Source: Syntrophorhabdaceae bacterium (GTDB lineage Bacteria; Desulfobacterota; Syntrophorhabdia; Syntrophorhabdales; Syntrophorhabdaceae). Taken from it: a DNA stretch of 64,000 nt. Where the stretch lies: positions 992,001 through 1,056,000 of the forward strand of contig OY762209.1 of assembly GCA_963665295.1 (NCBI GenBank). The letters run 5' to 3'. Position 1 is the first letter of the stretch. Every line of letters begins with the position of its first letter. The position numbers were made by a program, and so were the translations under genes. Shown one piece after another: positions 41,101 to 48,966 of the stretch. The notes under the pieces are model-generated. The model was given only the letters and a program-made list of their open reading frames with translations, was not told the origin of the DNA and made no database searches.

Positions 41101-41465
41101 TATTCGGAGAAGGTAAATCCCGAAAGCTCCGCGATCTCCCGGATGCTGTCGAGACCGGGCGTACTTTTTTCCTGCCCCTCTTCATAGACCGCCATAACCC
41201 TTGTGACGCCGTAGAGCATCTGGGCCTCCTGGCTGGTCGGGTCCGTTGTTACCGCTTCCAGGAATTTCGCCTTGGCGGTGAGCACATCATGGTTGTAAAG
41301 GGCGATCTTCCCTTCATTGATAAGCGAAGAGACGTCCGCCGACCTGGAAGGAGCCCGCTTTCCCTGGGAAATGAATCCAAGGGGCTTTGTAAAAACGAAA
41401 GTGGAGATGCCGAAAATTCCTAGAATGAGGATGCCGATGAATAACCCTGCCCTTTTCCTGTTCAC
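38181..41465 (-). CDS. Large exported protein: helical N-terminal region, NHL-repeat propeller, InlB-B-like repeat, 3 IPT/TIG domains
   Basis: N-terminal signal/anchor; repeated GQF..P.GIA...VADSGNHRIQ (NHL); GINCG...GWTGC module; three SPSSGTVG-VVTLKGKYFG repeats. Confidence 0.85.
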   Translation of the reverse strand: MNRKRAGLFIGILILGIFGISTFVFTKPLGFISQGKRAPSRSADVSSLINEGKIALYNHDVLTAKAKFLEAVTTDPTSQEAQMLYGVTRVMAVYEEGQEKSTPGLDSIREIAELSGFTFSEYGVYNTVISKSPEQLATTTPKSGDILDFLNNKALKEINGAIENLNKVTSIDFVSVMNPDALKTTGPAYNIDYADALLIRAALYGAKASLELLLAYNLDIYIPQAAYGLQMEADELVALRNIILYYPKLLTPKEPARLGSSKSAFASSIDTYVSAIDRVRARGTATNHLFVLDVPLEQITNEPVQSTSAEQERMLQVLADVRASLDGVREWQNTFPDKPKEQRTFDLSKFFNSGAALNFRQMALTSDGRLYVTDDTAKGVAPYGLSQLINASTPEISQSQSGCYLGQSVILSGVGFSQKGSVTVSMLYPDGTGAPGVTMNADTLGQFNYVFTPASAKGEGVYRWRAKDNKTGVQTDYSRFPVTRYKKTWQTGSSGQGNGQFYTPLGIAAKGNEIFVADSGNHRIQVLYNNGAYVRMWGQYGSGPGEFINPWAISTRPSGNVYAIDYGNSRVQVFDAAGGFLEEFGSYGWEEGQFSNPMGVAVNTLEDVFVVDSGNTRIQKFGGDSSYLAWGQYGEGDGEFYWPTGIAIDSKNGVYILDSARGNVQKFDRNGNFLGKWTVSPAQGQFYSYLTGISVDTADNLLVSTIEGRILRFKSDGTFITEWRSYRSGNASQKIYGLAVDGYNSIYGTTDSAVVKFSPVSWNTLTVGKTGKGSGLAASTPLGINCGTFCSGSFTSDNTVTLVAIPDSGSAVAGWTGCDEVSGNTCLTSLSTAKSVKVQFDVVAVPKSPVLSSVSPSSGTVGTVVTLKGKYFGSAQGASTVSFNSVPVTAYTSWSETAIKCTVPAGATTGAVTVTTSVGTSPGKTFTVNLPVLSSISPSSGTVGAVVTLKGKYFGSAQGASTVSFNGVPVTAYTSWSETAIKCTVPAGATTGAVTVTTSVGTSPGKTFTVNLPVLSSVSPSSGTVGTVVTLKGKYFGSAQGASTVSFNGVAVTAYTSWSETAIKCTVPAGATTGAVTVTTSVGTSPGKVFKVKP
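38184..38921 (-). repeat. Three near-identical 246-bp tandem repeats encoding IPT/TIG domains
   Basis: The same sequence recurs with a 246-bp period (e.g. at 38323, 38569, 38815). Confidence 0.95.
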
Positions 41466-41482
41466 TTTATTTCCCCCCTTTA

Positions 41483-42046
41483 TTAAGTGTGGGAACCGGC
41501 GCCCCTGATAGGCAAAAGGTTCCCTTCCATTTCAACCACGCCGGTCTCAAGATGTATGAGCGCTCTTTGCGCCTGGTGAAGCCTTTTATCGTTAATGGTC
41601 ACTTCCACGTCTCCCTTCAGAAAGATCGGAGAAGCGTCCGTAAGCCCCCAGACCGCCTCCTTCGCGCTGAACTTCAGGACCCCTTCCCTGAAGGTGTATG
41701 TGCCTTTCACGTTCTCAAAACAATTGTCTTTCACCACGGTTGTGCGCACCCCCAGAAACTTCTTGCCCCTCCTGACCAGACGCTTACCCTCGAATCGAAG
41801 CGATTTCTCACCCGACTCCTGGTTTATGCGGTAATCGTCTATCACGGCCTCTACATCCAAAGGCAGGCTTATGGTGCGTGCGGCGTGAGGTTGACCGTGC
41901 ATCCCGCGGAAGGTGCAGAAGTATGCGACAGAGCAGATGAGGACGACGGCGAAACACCCGGACGAAATCAGCGCCGCTTTCCTGCCCGCCGGCAACCCTT
42001 TTACAAAGGCAGACAATCTTCGGAGTCCGGTTTCGGTCATTGCCAT
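41483..42046 (-). CDS. Membrane-anchored hypothetical protein (beta-rich, possibly LptC-like)
   Basis: One N-terminal TM segment then short beta-strand patterns; 17 nt upstream of the large exported protein. Confidence 0.55.
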   Translation of the reverse strand: MAMTETGLRRLSAFVKGLPAGRKAALISSGCFAVVLICSVAYFCTFRGMHGQPHAARTISLPLDVEAVIDDYRINQESGEKSLRFEGKRLVRRGKKFLGVRTTVVKDNCFENVKGTYTFREGVLKFSAKEAVWGLTDASPIFLKGDVEVTINDKRLHQAQRALIHLETGVVEMEGNLLPIRGAGSHT

Positions 42047-42218
42047 ATGATCTTCATATTCCCCTATAAAATACGGAGCGTACCTGGGTCAATAAAACCC
42101 TCTGGTGAGGCGTCAAAGATGCGAAATCATCAACAGAATAGAACATTTTGTTCGGGAAAGTAAACAGTTTTTCAAGGAGAACCTCTCTATGGCGGCCGGC
42201 GATGGCCGACAGTTTTCC

Positions 42219-43073
42219 TTACGGCAGGACGGCAAACACCCGGGCCGGAAAACCGGACCCGTCTTTGGGCTTCGGGAAAGCCGCTATTACCAGGGCGCCC
42301 GCCTCCGGCACCTCGTTCAAGTTCGCCAGAAGCTCAATTTGATAGCGGTTCTGATTCAGTATGTAGGCTTCCCGCGAGTAGTCGTTCTTCGAAACGGCAA
42401 TGCCGGGATCGGTGTCGGTTGTCTCGTGGCCGGAAGCGGTAATCTTACGTTGTTCGTACAAATATCGCAACACATCCAGGCTCCAACCGGGGTAGTGGGC
42501 AATCCCGTCGGCATCCCTGTTCTGCATAGCTTCCATGCTCGGCCACCGCCTGCACCAGTCTGTGCGCATTGCGACAAAAGCTCCTTCCGGGATGGGGCCA
42601 TGCCGTTTCTCCCAATCCTTGATATCTTCCATGGTTATGGTGTAATCCGGGTTCCCCGCGACCTTCTCATGAACATCGATTACCACTAAAGGAAGGATCA
42701 TCTCTTTTACGCTGATCTGGTCCACGGTTCGCAAACCCTTCACGAAGTGAGCGGGAGGGTCTACATGGGTTCCCCACTGGCCGACGTGAGTGAAGGATTG
42801 TGCATAAAAGCCGTTTCCCAATCGTCCGACGCCCGGTTCATACCAGTAGAGGGTCTCCCGTTTCTCGTCAGGAAAGCCCTTCCAATGGGGAACCCCGGGT
42901 GAGAAGGCATGGGTGAGATCGACGAACCTCTTTGTCTTTATCACTCGCCAGGCATCTTCGAGAGTGAGTTTTTCCGAGGCCGGGCAAAAGGATGCGAATG
43001 CGAACATCACACAGGCCATCACCAGCAACAGTGCCGTAGCGGTCCTGCCTAATTTCATAAGTCTACCCTCCAT
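42219..43073 (-). CDS. Secreted cyclase-family (kynurenine formamidase-like) metal hydrolase
   Basis: VDLTH, QWGTHVDPPAHF, YPGWS, IELLANL, GFPARVFA. Confidence 0.85.
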   Translation of the reverse strand: MEGRLMKLGRTATALLLVMACVMFAFASFCPASEKLTLEDAWRVIKTKRFVDLTHAFSPGVPHWKGFPDEKRETLYWYEPGVGRLGNGFYAQSFTHVGQWGTHVDPPAHFVKGLRTVDQISVKEMILPLVVIDVHEKVAGNPDYTITMEDIKDWEKRHGPIPEGAFVAMRTDWCRRWPSMEAMQNRDADGIAHYPGWSLDVLRYLYEQRKITASGHETTDTDPGIAVSKNDYSREAYILNQNRYQIELLANLNEVPEAGALVIAAFPKPKDGSGFPARVFAVLP

Positions 43074-43495
43074 GTTTCATGTGTAGCCGCCAAGCTTGTT
43101 TGAATTTCAATTTAGCACAAATTATTGCTTTCAAAAAGGTAAATGCGCCGGATCGGACGTCCCCCTCGCGCACAGGGGGCCTGTTTCCGGGCCGGCGGGG
43201 CATCTCGAAGGCTAGAGAGGAATCCCGGGACATCCGGGTGAACGGATTGCGTTGACGGTCCCCCTGGAACCGGGAATCAGCCGGAGACCATGAACCCATC
43301 CTGGGAGCGGCGGCGGTAATTGCAGGAAGGTGTCCGGATCCTTCACTTGCGCAGGAAGGCCACCCTATACGATAAACAAAGCAGAAATAGACGGATAAGA
43401 AGGATGTATAGTTCGCAACGCCCTGAAACAGAATTTCGGTGCTTCATCTGCTGTCATTCTCGGATCAGAATTGTCCTGCCGTGGAGCCTGCCCCG

Positions 43496-43921
43496 CTATT
43501 TCCCGAGAACGACCAGGTTCACGTGGTCCGGGCTACCGGCCTGGAAGCGAACCATCACGTGTTGTGCCGGCACATTATACACTTCCGTGGCATTGGCCCC
43601 GGTCGGGGAGCCGGGGTCAAGGGTGAATTCACCGAGGGTCCCCAGGCAATTCCCTTTTGAATCCGACGACAGCACCTGCACCTTTATGATGCCTGAGCCC
43701 GAGCTCACGGAGGCGTCGAGCTTTATTTGTGTGTAAGTCTTTACGTTAAGCGGACCTACCGACAGCTGGTAGACGCCGCGTACAGGAATCAACGGTTTGT
43801 CGAGTTCCTTACAGAGAGGAGATGTGGCGGAAGACAGGGAAGGAATGCCGGCCAGAAGGCCCAGGACAAGGAGCAGGAACAGGGCAGGCGATCCAGGTTT
43901 CCTATCGATTCTTCTTTTGAT
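43496..43921 (-). CDS. Small secreted beta-rich protein (start codon uncertain)
   Basis: The frame of ORF 43496..43792 stays open upstream and encodes a signal peptide (IKRRIDRKPGSPALFLLLVLGLLAGIPSLSSA), but has no ATG/GTG/TTG there. Confidence 0.5.
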   Translation of the reverse strand: MKRRIDRKPGSPALFLLLVLGLLAGIPSLSSATSPLCKELDKPLIPVRGVYQLSVGPLNVKTYTQIKLDASVSSGSGIIKVQVLSSDSKGNCLGTLGEFTLDPGSPTGANATEVYNVPAQHVMVRFQAGSPDHVNLVVLGK

Positions 43922-44188
43922 TTTCCATCCCCCTTCATCCCGGCATATTTCCGGGGCTCAGCCCCGAATGGGGTTATTGTAATCGGGAAAAACGAACATG
44001 ACAATGACATAGATCACACAATCGTCATCTTTTTCAATTTTGATCGGCGATTATGGCGGTTCAGTGAGGGCCGTGGGCAGGTTCCGGAAATACCCTGCGC
44101 GTGGATTTCTGAAAGGGGCGCCGGGGCCAGGGGTTCATCCCTGTCCGCGCGGCGCCGTGAAAAGCTTCCGGTCTGTATCGCTTCTTGT

Positions 44189-46669
44189 CTACTTCCCCTT
44201 GCCCGAGAGCTTCACTGTCGTCGGGGTAGCCGAGGCATTCGAGCCGATGGTGAAACTGCTCGATTTCGTTCCTGCCGTGGCGGGGTCAAAGGTCACGTTT
44301 ATGGTGCACGTGGCGTTCTGGGCAATGCTTCCGCTCGTGCAGCCGCTCGCGTCCACGGTGAAGGACGCGTCGGCGGGTGTCGATACGGGCCCCACGGTAA
44401 GGGCGGACAATCCCGTGTTCTTGATCTTGATGGGCTTCGTTGACGTGTCGTCTGTAGTGACCGTGCCGAAGTTAATGCTGGTGGGCGACACGGACATCTT
44501 GGGCGCAACGGCGGTGGCCGTGAGGCTCACAGAAACGGTCGGGTGCACCGGGTCGTTGGAGGCGATCTGAAGGGTTCCCGTTCTCTTGCCGTATGATGAG
44601 GCGAGGATGCTCACCGTGACCTGGCAGGTCTCGTTCTTGTCCATGCCGGAGGTGCAGTTGTTCGAAGCAATGAACTCCGTGGATCCCGTGATGGTCGTGG
44701 CGGTCACCCAGAGCTGGCCGACCCCGGTATTCTTTATGATCACTGTCTTGGTGGCGGAGGTGACGCCCTTCTTCACGTTGCCCAGGTTAATGCTCTTGGC
44801 GTTTACCGAGATGGATGGCGGCTTGTTGAAGGCGGCCGCCACGGTTGTGGTGCCGTTTATGACCACCGTGCAGGTCGTGCCCGAGGTAGACGTGCAACCC
44901 GACCAGTTATCAAAGGCGTATCCCTTACCCGCAACTGCGGTAAGCGTGACGGTGGCCCCTGCCGTGAACGAGGCGGAGCAGGTAGAGCCGCAATTTATGC
45001 CTGAGGGCGAGCTCGTCACCGTGCCCGTGCCTGTGCCTGTGGGGGTGACCGTCAATTTGTACGTTGAGGGTGCCGCGGTGGGGCAGAACGTGACATCATA
45101 GCCGAAGGCTCCCCCTGCATCGCCGAGGCAGGTCAGCAGGACTTTGTCGTCATAGGGGAAGCTGTACGCGGTGGGGCACGAGTTGTGGAAGAGCGCGGCA
45201 AAGGGCTCAGCCACGGCCGCCCATGTGGGGTTCACCGCCTGGCACTCGCCGTCCGCCTGTTGCCAGGAAGAGCAGCCGCAGCACCACGTCGCGCTGGTTC
45301 CGTAGGACCCTGTCCCCTTGCAGGACGTATGGTTTATGCCGTTACACGCATAGAGGCTCCAGGAACTCGGCTGGCATGTATTGATGGTGGGCGAGTTGGG
45401 GGTAAGGTCACACGCCTGAGGCTGTCCGTAGAGCGCCCCGAGGGGGCCCAGGCAGTCGTAGTTCCCCCGGGTGGGGTCGCACGGACCGCTCCCGTCCGAG
45501 CACTGCTTGGTTATTCCGTTGCATGTGGCCGTGCTCGGCGCGCAGTCGGCGTTCGTCGTACAGGGAAGGGCCTGGCACGTGTTGGTCTGAGGGTTGCAGT
45601 TCATCACGCAGAGCGCTTCGGTGTTGATGATCTGGCAGGTGGTGCCGGTGGGACAGGTATAATTGGGGTAGTCGCCGCAGAGATTCGCCCCTAAGACGGG
45701 GCAATCCGAATTCTGGGTGCAGGAGATCACGCCCATGCTGTGGGCCTTGTTACAGTCTATGGAGCTGCCCACGGCGCAGGTCCCCGATACGCAACTCCCG
45801 CTGCAGCAATCCGAATTCGCGGTACACGTCGGGTCGCCGCCGCTTTTGCAGTTCGGATTGCGGCTGCAATAATCCTGAGGGGCAAGACATCCTACCACGA
45901 CGGAGTTCGAAAGTATCTGGAGCTCGGGAGGACACTTGGAATTGGCGTCCCATACACACGGGGCAGGGCAGTTCGGTCCGGCCTGGACACATCCGAGATT
46001 ATTGCACGGAGCAGGAGTAGTGTTCGGTATGACGGCGATCTCCAGGGGGATGCCCGGCCCGTCCACGGTGCTCAGGTCGTAGTTGTCCACGGACGTTCCC
46101 GCAACGCCGGGCTGAAACTCGTTCAGGGTAGAGGGCGTGCTCCCCCCGGACTGACAGTTGAGCAGGCCGTTGCAGTCGCCAAGGTCGCAGGCGCTCGGGA
46201 GGAGACAGTAGCCGTTCGTGCACTGGGCGCTGTTATCGCCGATAAAGGGGATACAGTCGGTGTTAAACTGGCATCCCTGCTTCACGCAGACCCCCTGATA
46301 GCAGACGGGGTTTACCCCCTGATAGGGCGAGCAGTCGGCGCTGGTCGTGCAAGTTGGATAGTGGACGCTGGAACTGTCAAAGGCGCAGCCCGTCCGGGCC
46401 CAGAACCTGCCGCTGTTCCATGCCGCCTCGGGTATGCACATGGTCTGGGTGGTCCCCGAGTTCACCCTCCAGTTCCAGCTCGGGACCGGGGTCGGGTCCA
46501 GGATCGAGTGACCGCCCACCCATACGGTGAAGCCACAGTTATTGATAAAGTTGAAGGTGCGCTGCCCCGACACGCAGGTGTCGGCGTTGGACTGAGGCAC
46601 AAAGAGAAACGTGCACAAGATGAGGATCAGGAACATGGTGGCTGCTGCTGCATACGCTCGCTTAATCAT
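44189..46669 (-). CDS. Secreted thaumatin-like (PR-5) protein with Cys-rich insertions, an InlB-B-like repeat and two ASH/choice-of-anchor-D-like Ig domains
   Basis: NNCGFTVW, SGRFWARTGC, GDCNGLLNC, TLNEF, DNYDLSTVDG, CPPEL, CPTAYSFPYDD, YDVTFCP; C-terminal SINLGNV...IKNTG and SINFGTV...IKNTG domains. Confidence 0.85.
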   Translation of the reverse strand: MIKRAYAAAATMFLILILCTFLFVPQSNADTCVSGQRTFNFINNCGFTVWVGGHSILDPTPVPSWNWRVNSGTTQTMCIPEAAWNSGRFWARTGCAFDSSSVHYPTCTTSADCSPYQGVNPVCYQGVCVKQGCQFNTDCIPFIGDNSAQCTNGYCLLPSACDLGDCNGLLNCQSGGSTPSTLNEFQPGVAGTSVDNYDLSTVDGPGIPLEIAVIPNTTPAPCNNLGCVQAGPNCPAPCVWDANSKCPPELQILSNSVVVGCLAPQDYCSRNPNCKSGGDPTCTANSDCCSGSCVSGTCAVGSSIDCNKAHSMGVISCTQNSDCPVLGANLCGDYPNYTCPTGTTCQIINTEALCVMNCNPQTNTCQALPCTTNADCAPSTATCNGITKQCSDGSGPCDPTRGNYDCLGPLGALYGQPQACDLTPNSPTINTCQPSSWSLYACNGINHTSCKGTGSYGTSATWCCGCSSWQQADGECQAVNPTWAAVAEPFAALFHNSCPTAYSFPYDDKVLLTCLGDAGGAFGYDVTFCPTAAPSTYKLTVTPTGTGTGTVTSSPSGINCGSTCSASFTAGATVTLTAVAGKGYAFDNWSGCTSTSGTTCTVVINGTTTVAAAFNKPPSISVNAKSINLGNVKKGVTSATKTVIIKNTGVGQLWVTATTITGSTEFIASNNCTSGMDKNETCQVTVSILASSYGKRTGTLQIASNDPVHPTVSVSLTATAVAPKMSVSPTSINFGTVTTDDTSTKPIKIKNTGLSALTVGPVSTPADASFTVDASGCTSGSIAQNATCTINVTFDPATAGTKSSSFTIGSNASATPTTVKLSGKGK

Positions 46670-47225
46670 AATACCTCCGTGATGGATTAGTTGGTCGTGC
46701 TCCGGTTCGGGACCGGCCTCTCCCGGACGTACCCCAAAAGATGCGTGCAGGCGGTCTTTTCGTTACAGGGAGCAAAGTGTGCATGGGTGATCCCGGGCTT
46801 TTCAGGAAGGGGGCGGCGAAGACTGAGGTTTTCTTATTGTGAAGGCAACGCGGTCCCGTCCGGCGCAGAGGATTTCCACGCTGCTTCGGGTCTTGGGCTT
46901 CGGCGCCCGGGAGAGGGATTCTCCCGGCCCCAACCGGAAGCATAAACACCTCCTGATATGCGAGAAAAACGCTGCCCTGTTAGCGGTTGAGGCCCTTCAC
47001 GGTCTCTATGGCATCTTGCGCGTCACCAAAGAAGAAACGTGTGCAGGAATAGCGTGTCCCAATTGTCCTACTAATAAATGGGAATGTAAAGAGGGTCGTG
47101 AAAAAAAAAGGACAACCGGAAATCCGGTTTCTCTCTCCCTGGAATGTGGCCGACGCGGGCTTTGTTTGCTTCTGGCCCATGGGCTGAAAATATACTATAC
47201 TATTTTTTTTCACCAAGGAGGTACT

Positions 47226-47780
47226 ATGCATAGGGAGAGCCCGAAGAACATGATCAATCGTGATGACTGCCTTCTGGTCATCATCGACGCCCAGGAAAAA
47301 TTGACGCCCGCCTTGACGGAACCTGACGGGATGACCGCCAATATCGTCCGCCTCGCGCGGTTTGCCGGGATTGCGGGGATTCCCGTGATCGTCACCGAAC
47401 AGGAGAAGCTCGGCCCTACCGTCGCCTCCGTCAGGGACGCCCTGCCTTCCGCCGACCCCGTGAAGAAGGTCCACTTCAACTGCTTCTCGTGCCACGACTT
47501 CAGGGACCGGGTCCATGCCATGGGGCGGAAAACCCTTATCCTTACCGGCGCGGAGGCCCACATCTGCGTGACCCAGACGGCGCTTCACGCCCGGCCGGAA
47601 TACGACGTCCACGTGGTGGCCGACGCCATATCCTCCCGCGCGCCGGAGAACAAGCGGATCGCCCTTCAGAGAATGGCGAGCGTCGGTTCCGTGATAACCT
47701 CTACGGAGATGTTCATCTACGAGATACTCGAACGGGCCGGCACGGATGAGTTCAAGGCCACCCTTGCCCTCGTCAAGTAG
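47226..47780 (+). CDS. Isochorismatase-family hydrolase
   Basis: LLVIIDAQEKL, TEQ, GAEAHICVTQTA, DAISSR; start after AAGGAGG. Confidence 0.88.
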   Translation: MHRESPKNMINRDDCLLVIIDAQEKLTPALTEPDGMTANIVRLARFAGIAGIPVIVTEQEKLGPTVASVRDALPSADPVKKVHFNCFSCHDFRDRVHAMGRKTLILTGAEAHICVTQTALHARPEYDVHVVADAISSRAPENKRIALQRMASVGSVITSTEMFIYEILERAGTDEFKATLALVK

Positions 47781-47786
47781 GAGTGC

Positions 47787-48938
47787 GTGGAGAAACCGCG
47801 GTTCATCACCCTGTTTCTTGCCTTCCTGAGGCTCGGAACCACCGCCTTCGGCGGTCCCGCCATGGTGGTCTACATTAAAGACCTTGCCGTCAGGCGCGAG
47901 GCGTGGCTCGACGAGCCGGTCTTCAACGACGGTGTTGCCCTGTGCCAGTCCATACCGGGCGCCACGGCCATGCAGATGGCGGCATACGTGGGACTGAGGT
48001 CAAGGGGAATTCCCGGGGCGCTCCTCTCGTACGTGGGCTTCGGTCTGCCCGCCTTTATCTTCATGGTGACCCTCTCATCCCTCTACCTCCGCTATCACCA
48101 TCTTGCCGAGGTCGTCTCCCTTTTCGCCGTGCTTCAGGTTATCGTCGTAGCCCTCATCGCGAACGCAACCCTTCTGCTCGGCAGGGGCCTGGCGACAAAA
48201 CCCTTCAATGTAGCCATCGCCCTTCTCTCCGCGCTTCTTTTCGGCCTGGGCGTAAGCCCTTTCCTCGTGATCCTCTGCGGCGGCGTCCTGGGCGGTCTGG
48301 TCCTCAGACACAGGAAGGCCCCGGAGGCGGGGAAATCCCGGGGGGAATTGTTTCACGGGAAACCGGTTTTTATCATCCTTTTCTTCATCCTCGCGGGCCT
48401 CGCCGGGGCGTACCTCCTCGACACGGTGTTTTTCCGGCTTGCCCTCACCATGCTCAAGATCGATTGCTTCGCCTTTGGCGGCGGGTTCGCGGCGCTCCCC
48501 CTCATGCTCCACGAAGTCGTCAACGTAAGGGGCTGGATGGCGAGCACCACCTTCATGGACGGCATAGCCCTCGGTCAGGTTACCCCGGGCCCCATAGTCA
48601 TAACCGCCGCCTTTGTGGGATATATGGTGAAGGGGCTTGCGGGCGCACTGGTTGCCACGTGCGCGGTTTTCGCACCTTCTTTTCTGGCACTCATCATTTC
48701 CGCTCCCCTTTTCGACCGGCTCAAGGGTTCGTCTCTGTTCCTGAGCGCGACAAAGGGTGTTTTTGCCGGCTTTCTCGGACTTCTGCTTTATATGACCATA
48801 AAATTCGCCATTCTCGTCCCGTGGGACCTCGTGCGCATCGCCGTGGGCGCTCTCGCTTTTATCGCCCTTATAAGGAAGGTAGACACCTTTTATATCGTGC
48901 TTGCCGGGGCATTGCTCTCTCTCGTCATATTCAGGTAG
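47787..48938 (+). CDS. chrA: Chromate efflux transporter (long-chain CHR)
   Basis: Two homologous halves with AFGG and QSIPG / QVTPGP motifs. Confidence 0.9.
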   Translation: MEKPRFITLFLAFLRLGTTAFGGPAMVVYIKDLAVRREAWLDEPVFNDGVALCQSIPGATAMQMAAYVGLRSRGIPGALLSYVGFGLPAFIFMVTLSSLYLRYHHLAEVVSLFAVLQVIVVALIANATLLLGRGLATKPFNVAIALLSALLFGLGVSPFLVILCGGVLGGLVLRHRKAPEAGKSRGELFHGKPVFIILFFILAGLAGAYLLDTVFFRLALTMLKIDCFAFGGGFAALPLMLHEVVNVRGWMASTTFMDGIALGQVTPGPIVITAAFVGYMVKGLAGALVATCAVFAPSFLALIISAPLFDRLKGSSLFLSATKGVFAGFLGLLLYMTIKFAILVPWDLVRIAVGALAFIALIRKVDTFYIVLAGALLSLVIFR

Positions 48939-48966
48939 AAACCGGGGTTGCCGCCCCGCCGGGACC

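Noticed and set aside
43200..43330. Cobalamin-riboswitch- or 6S-like RNA
   Set aside because: Only vague similarity; the conserved core motifs are missing and no plus-strand gene follows.
46670..47225. Riboswitch (e.g. c-di-GMP) in the long region upstream of the thaumatin-like gene
   Set aside because: No consensus motif recognisable by eye; an Rfam/Infernal scan would be needed.
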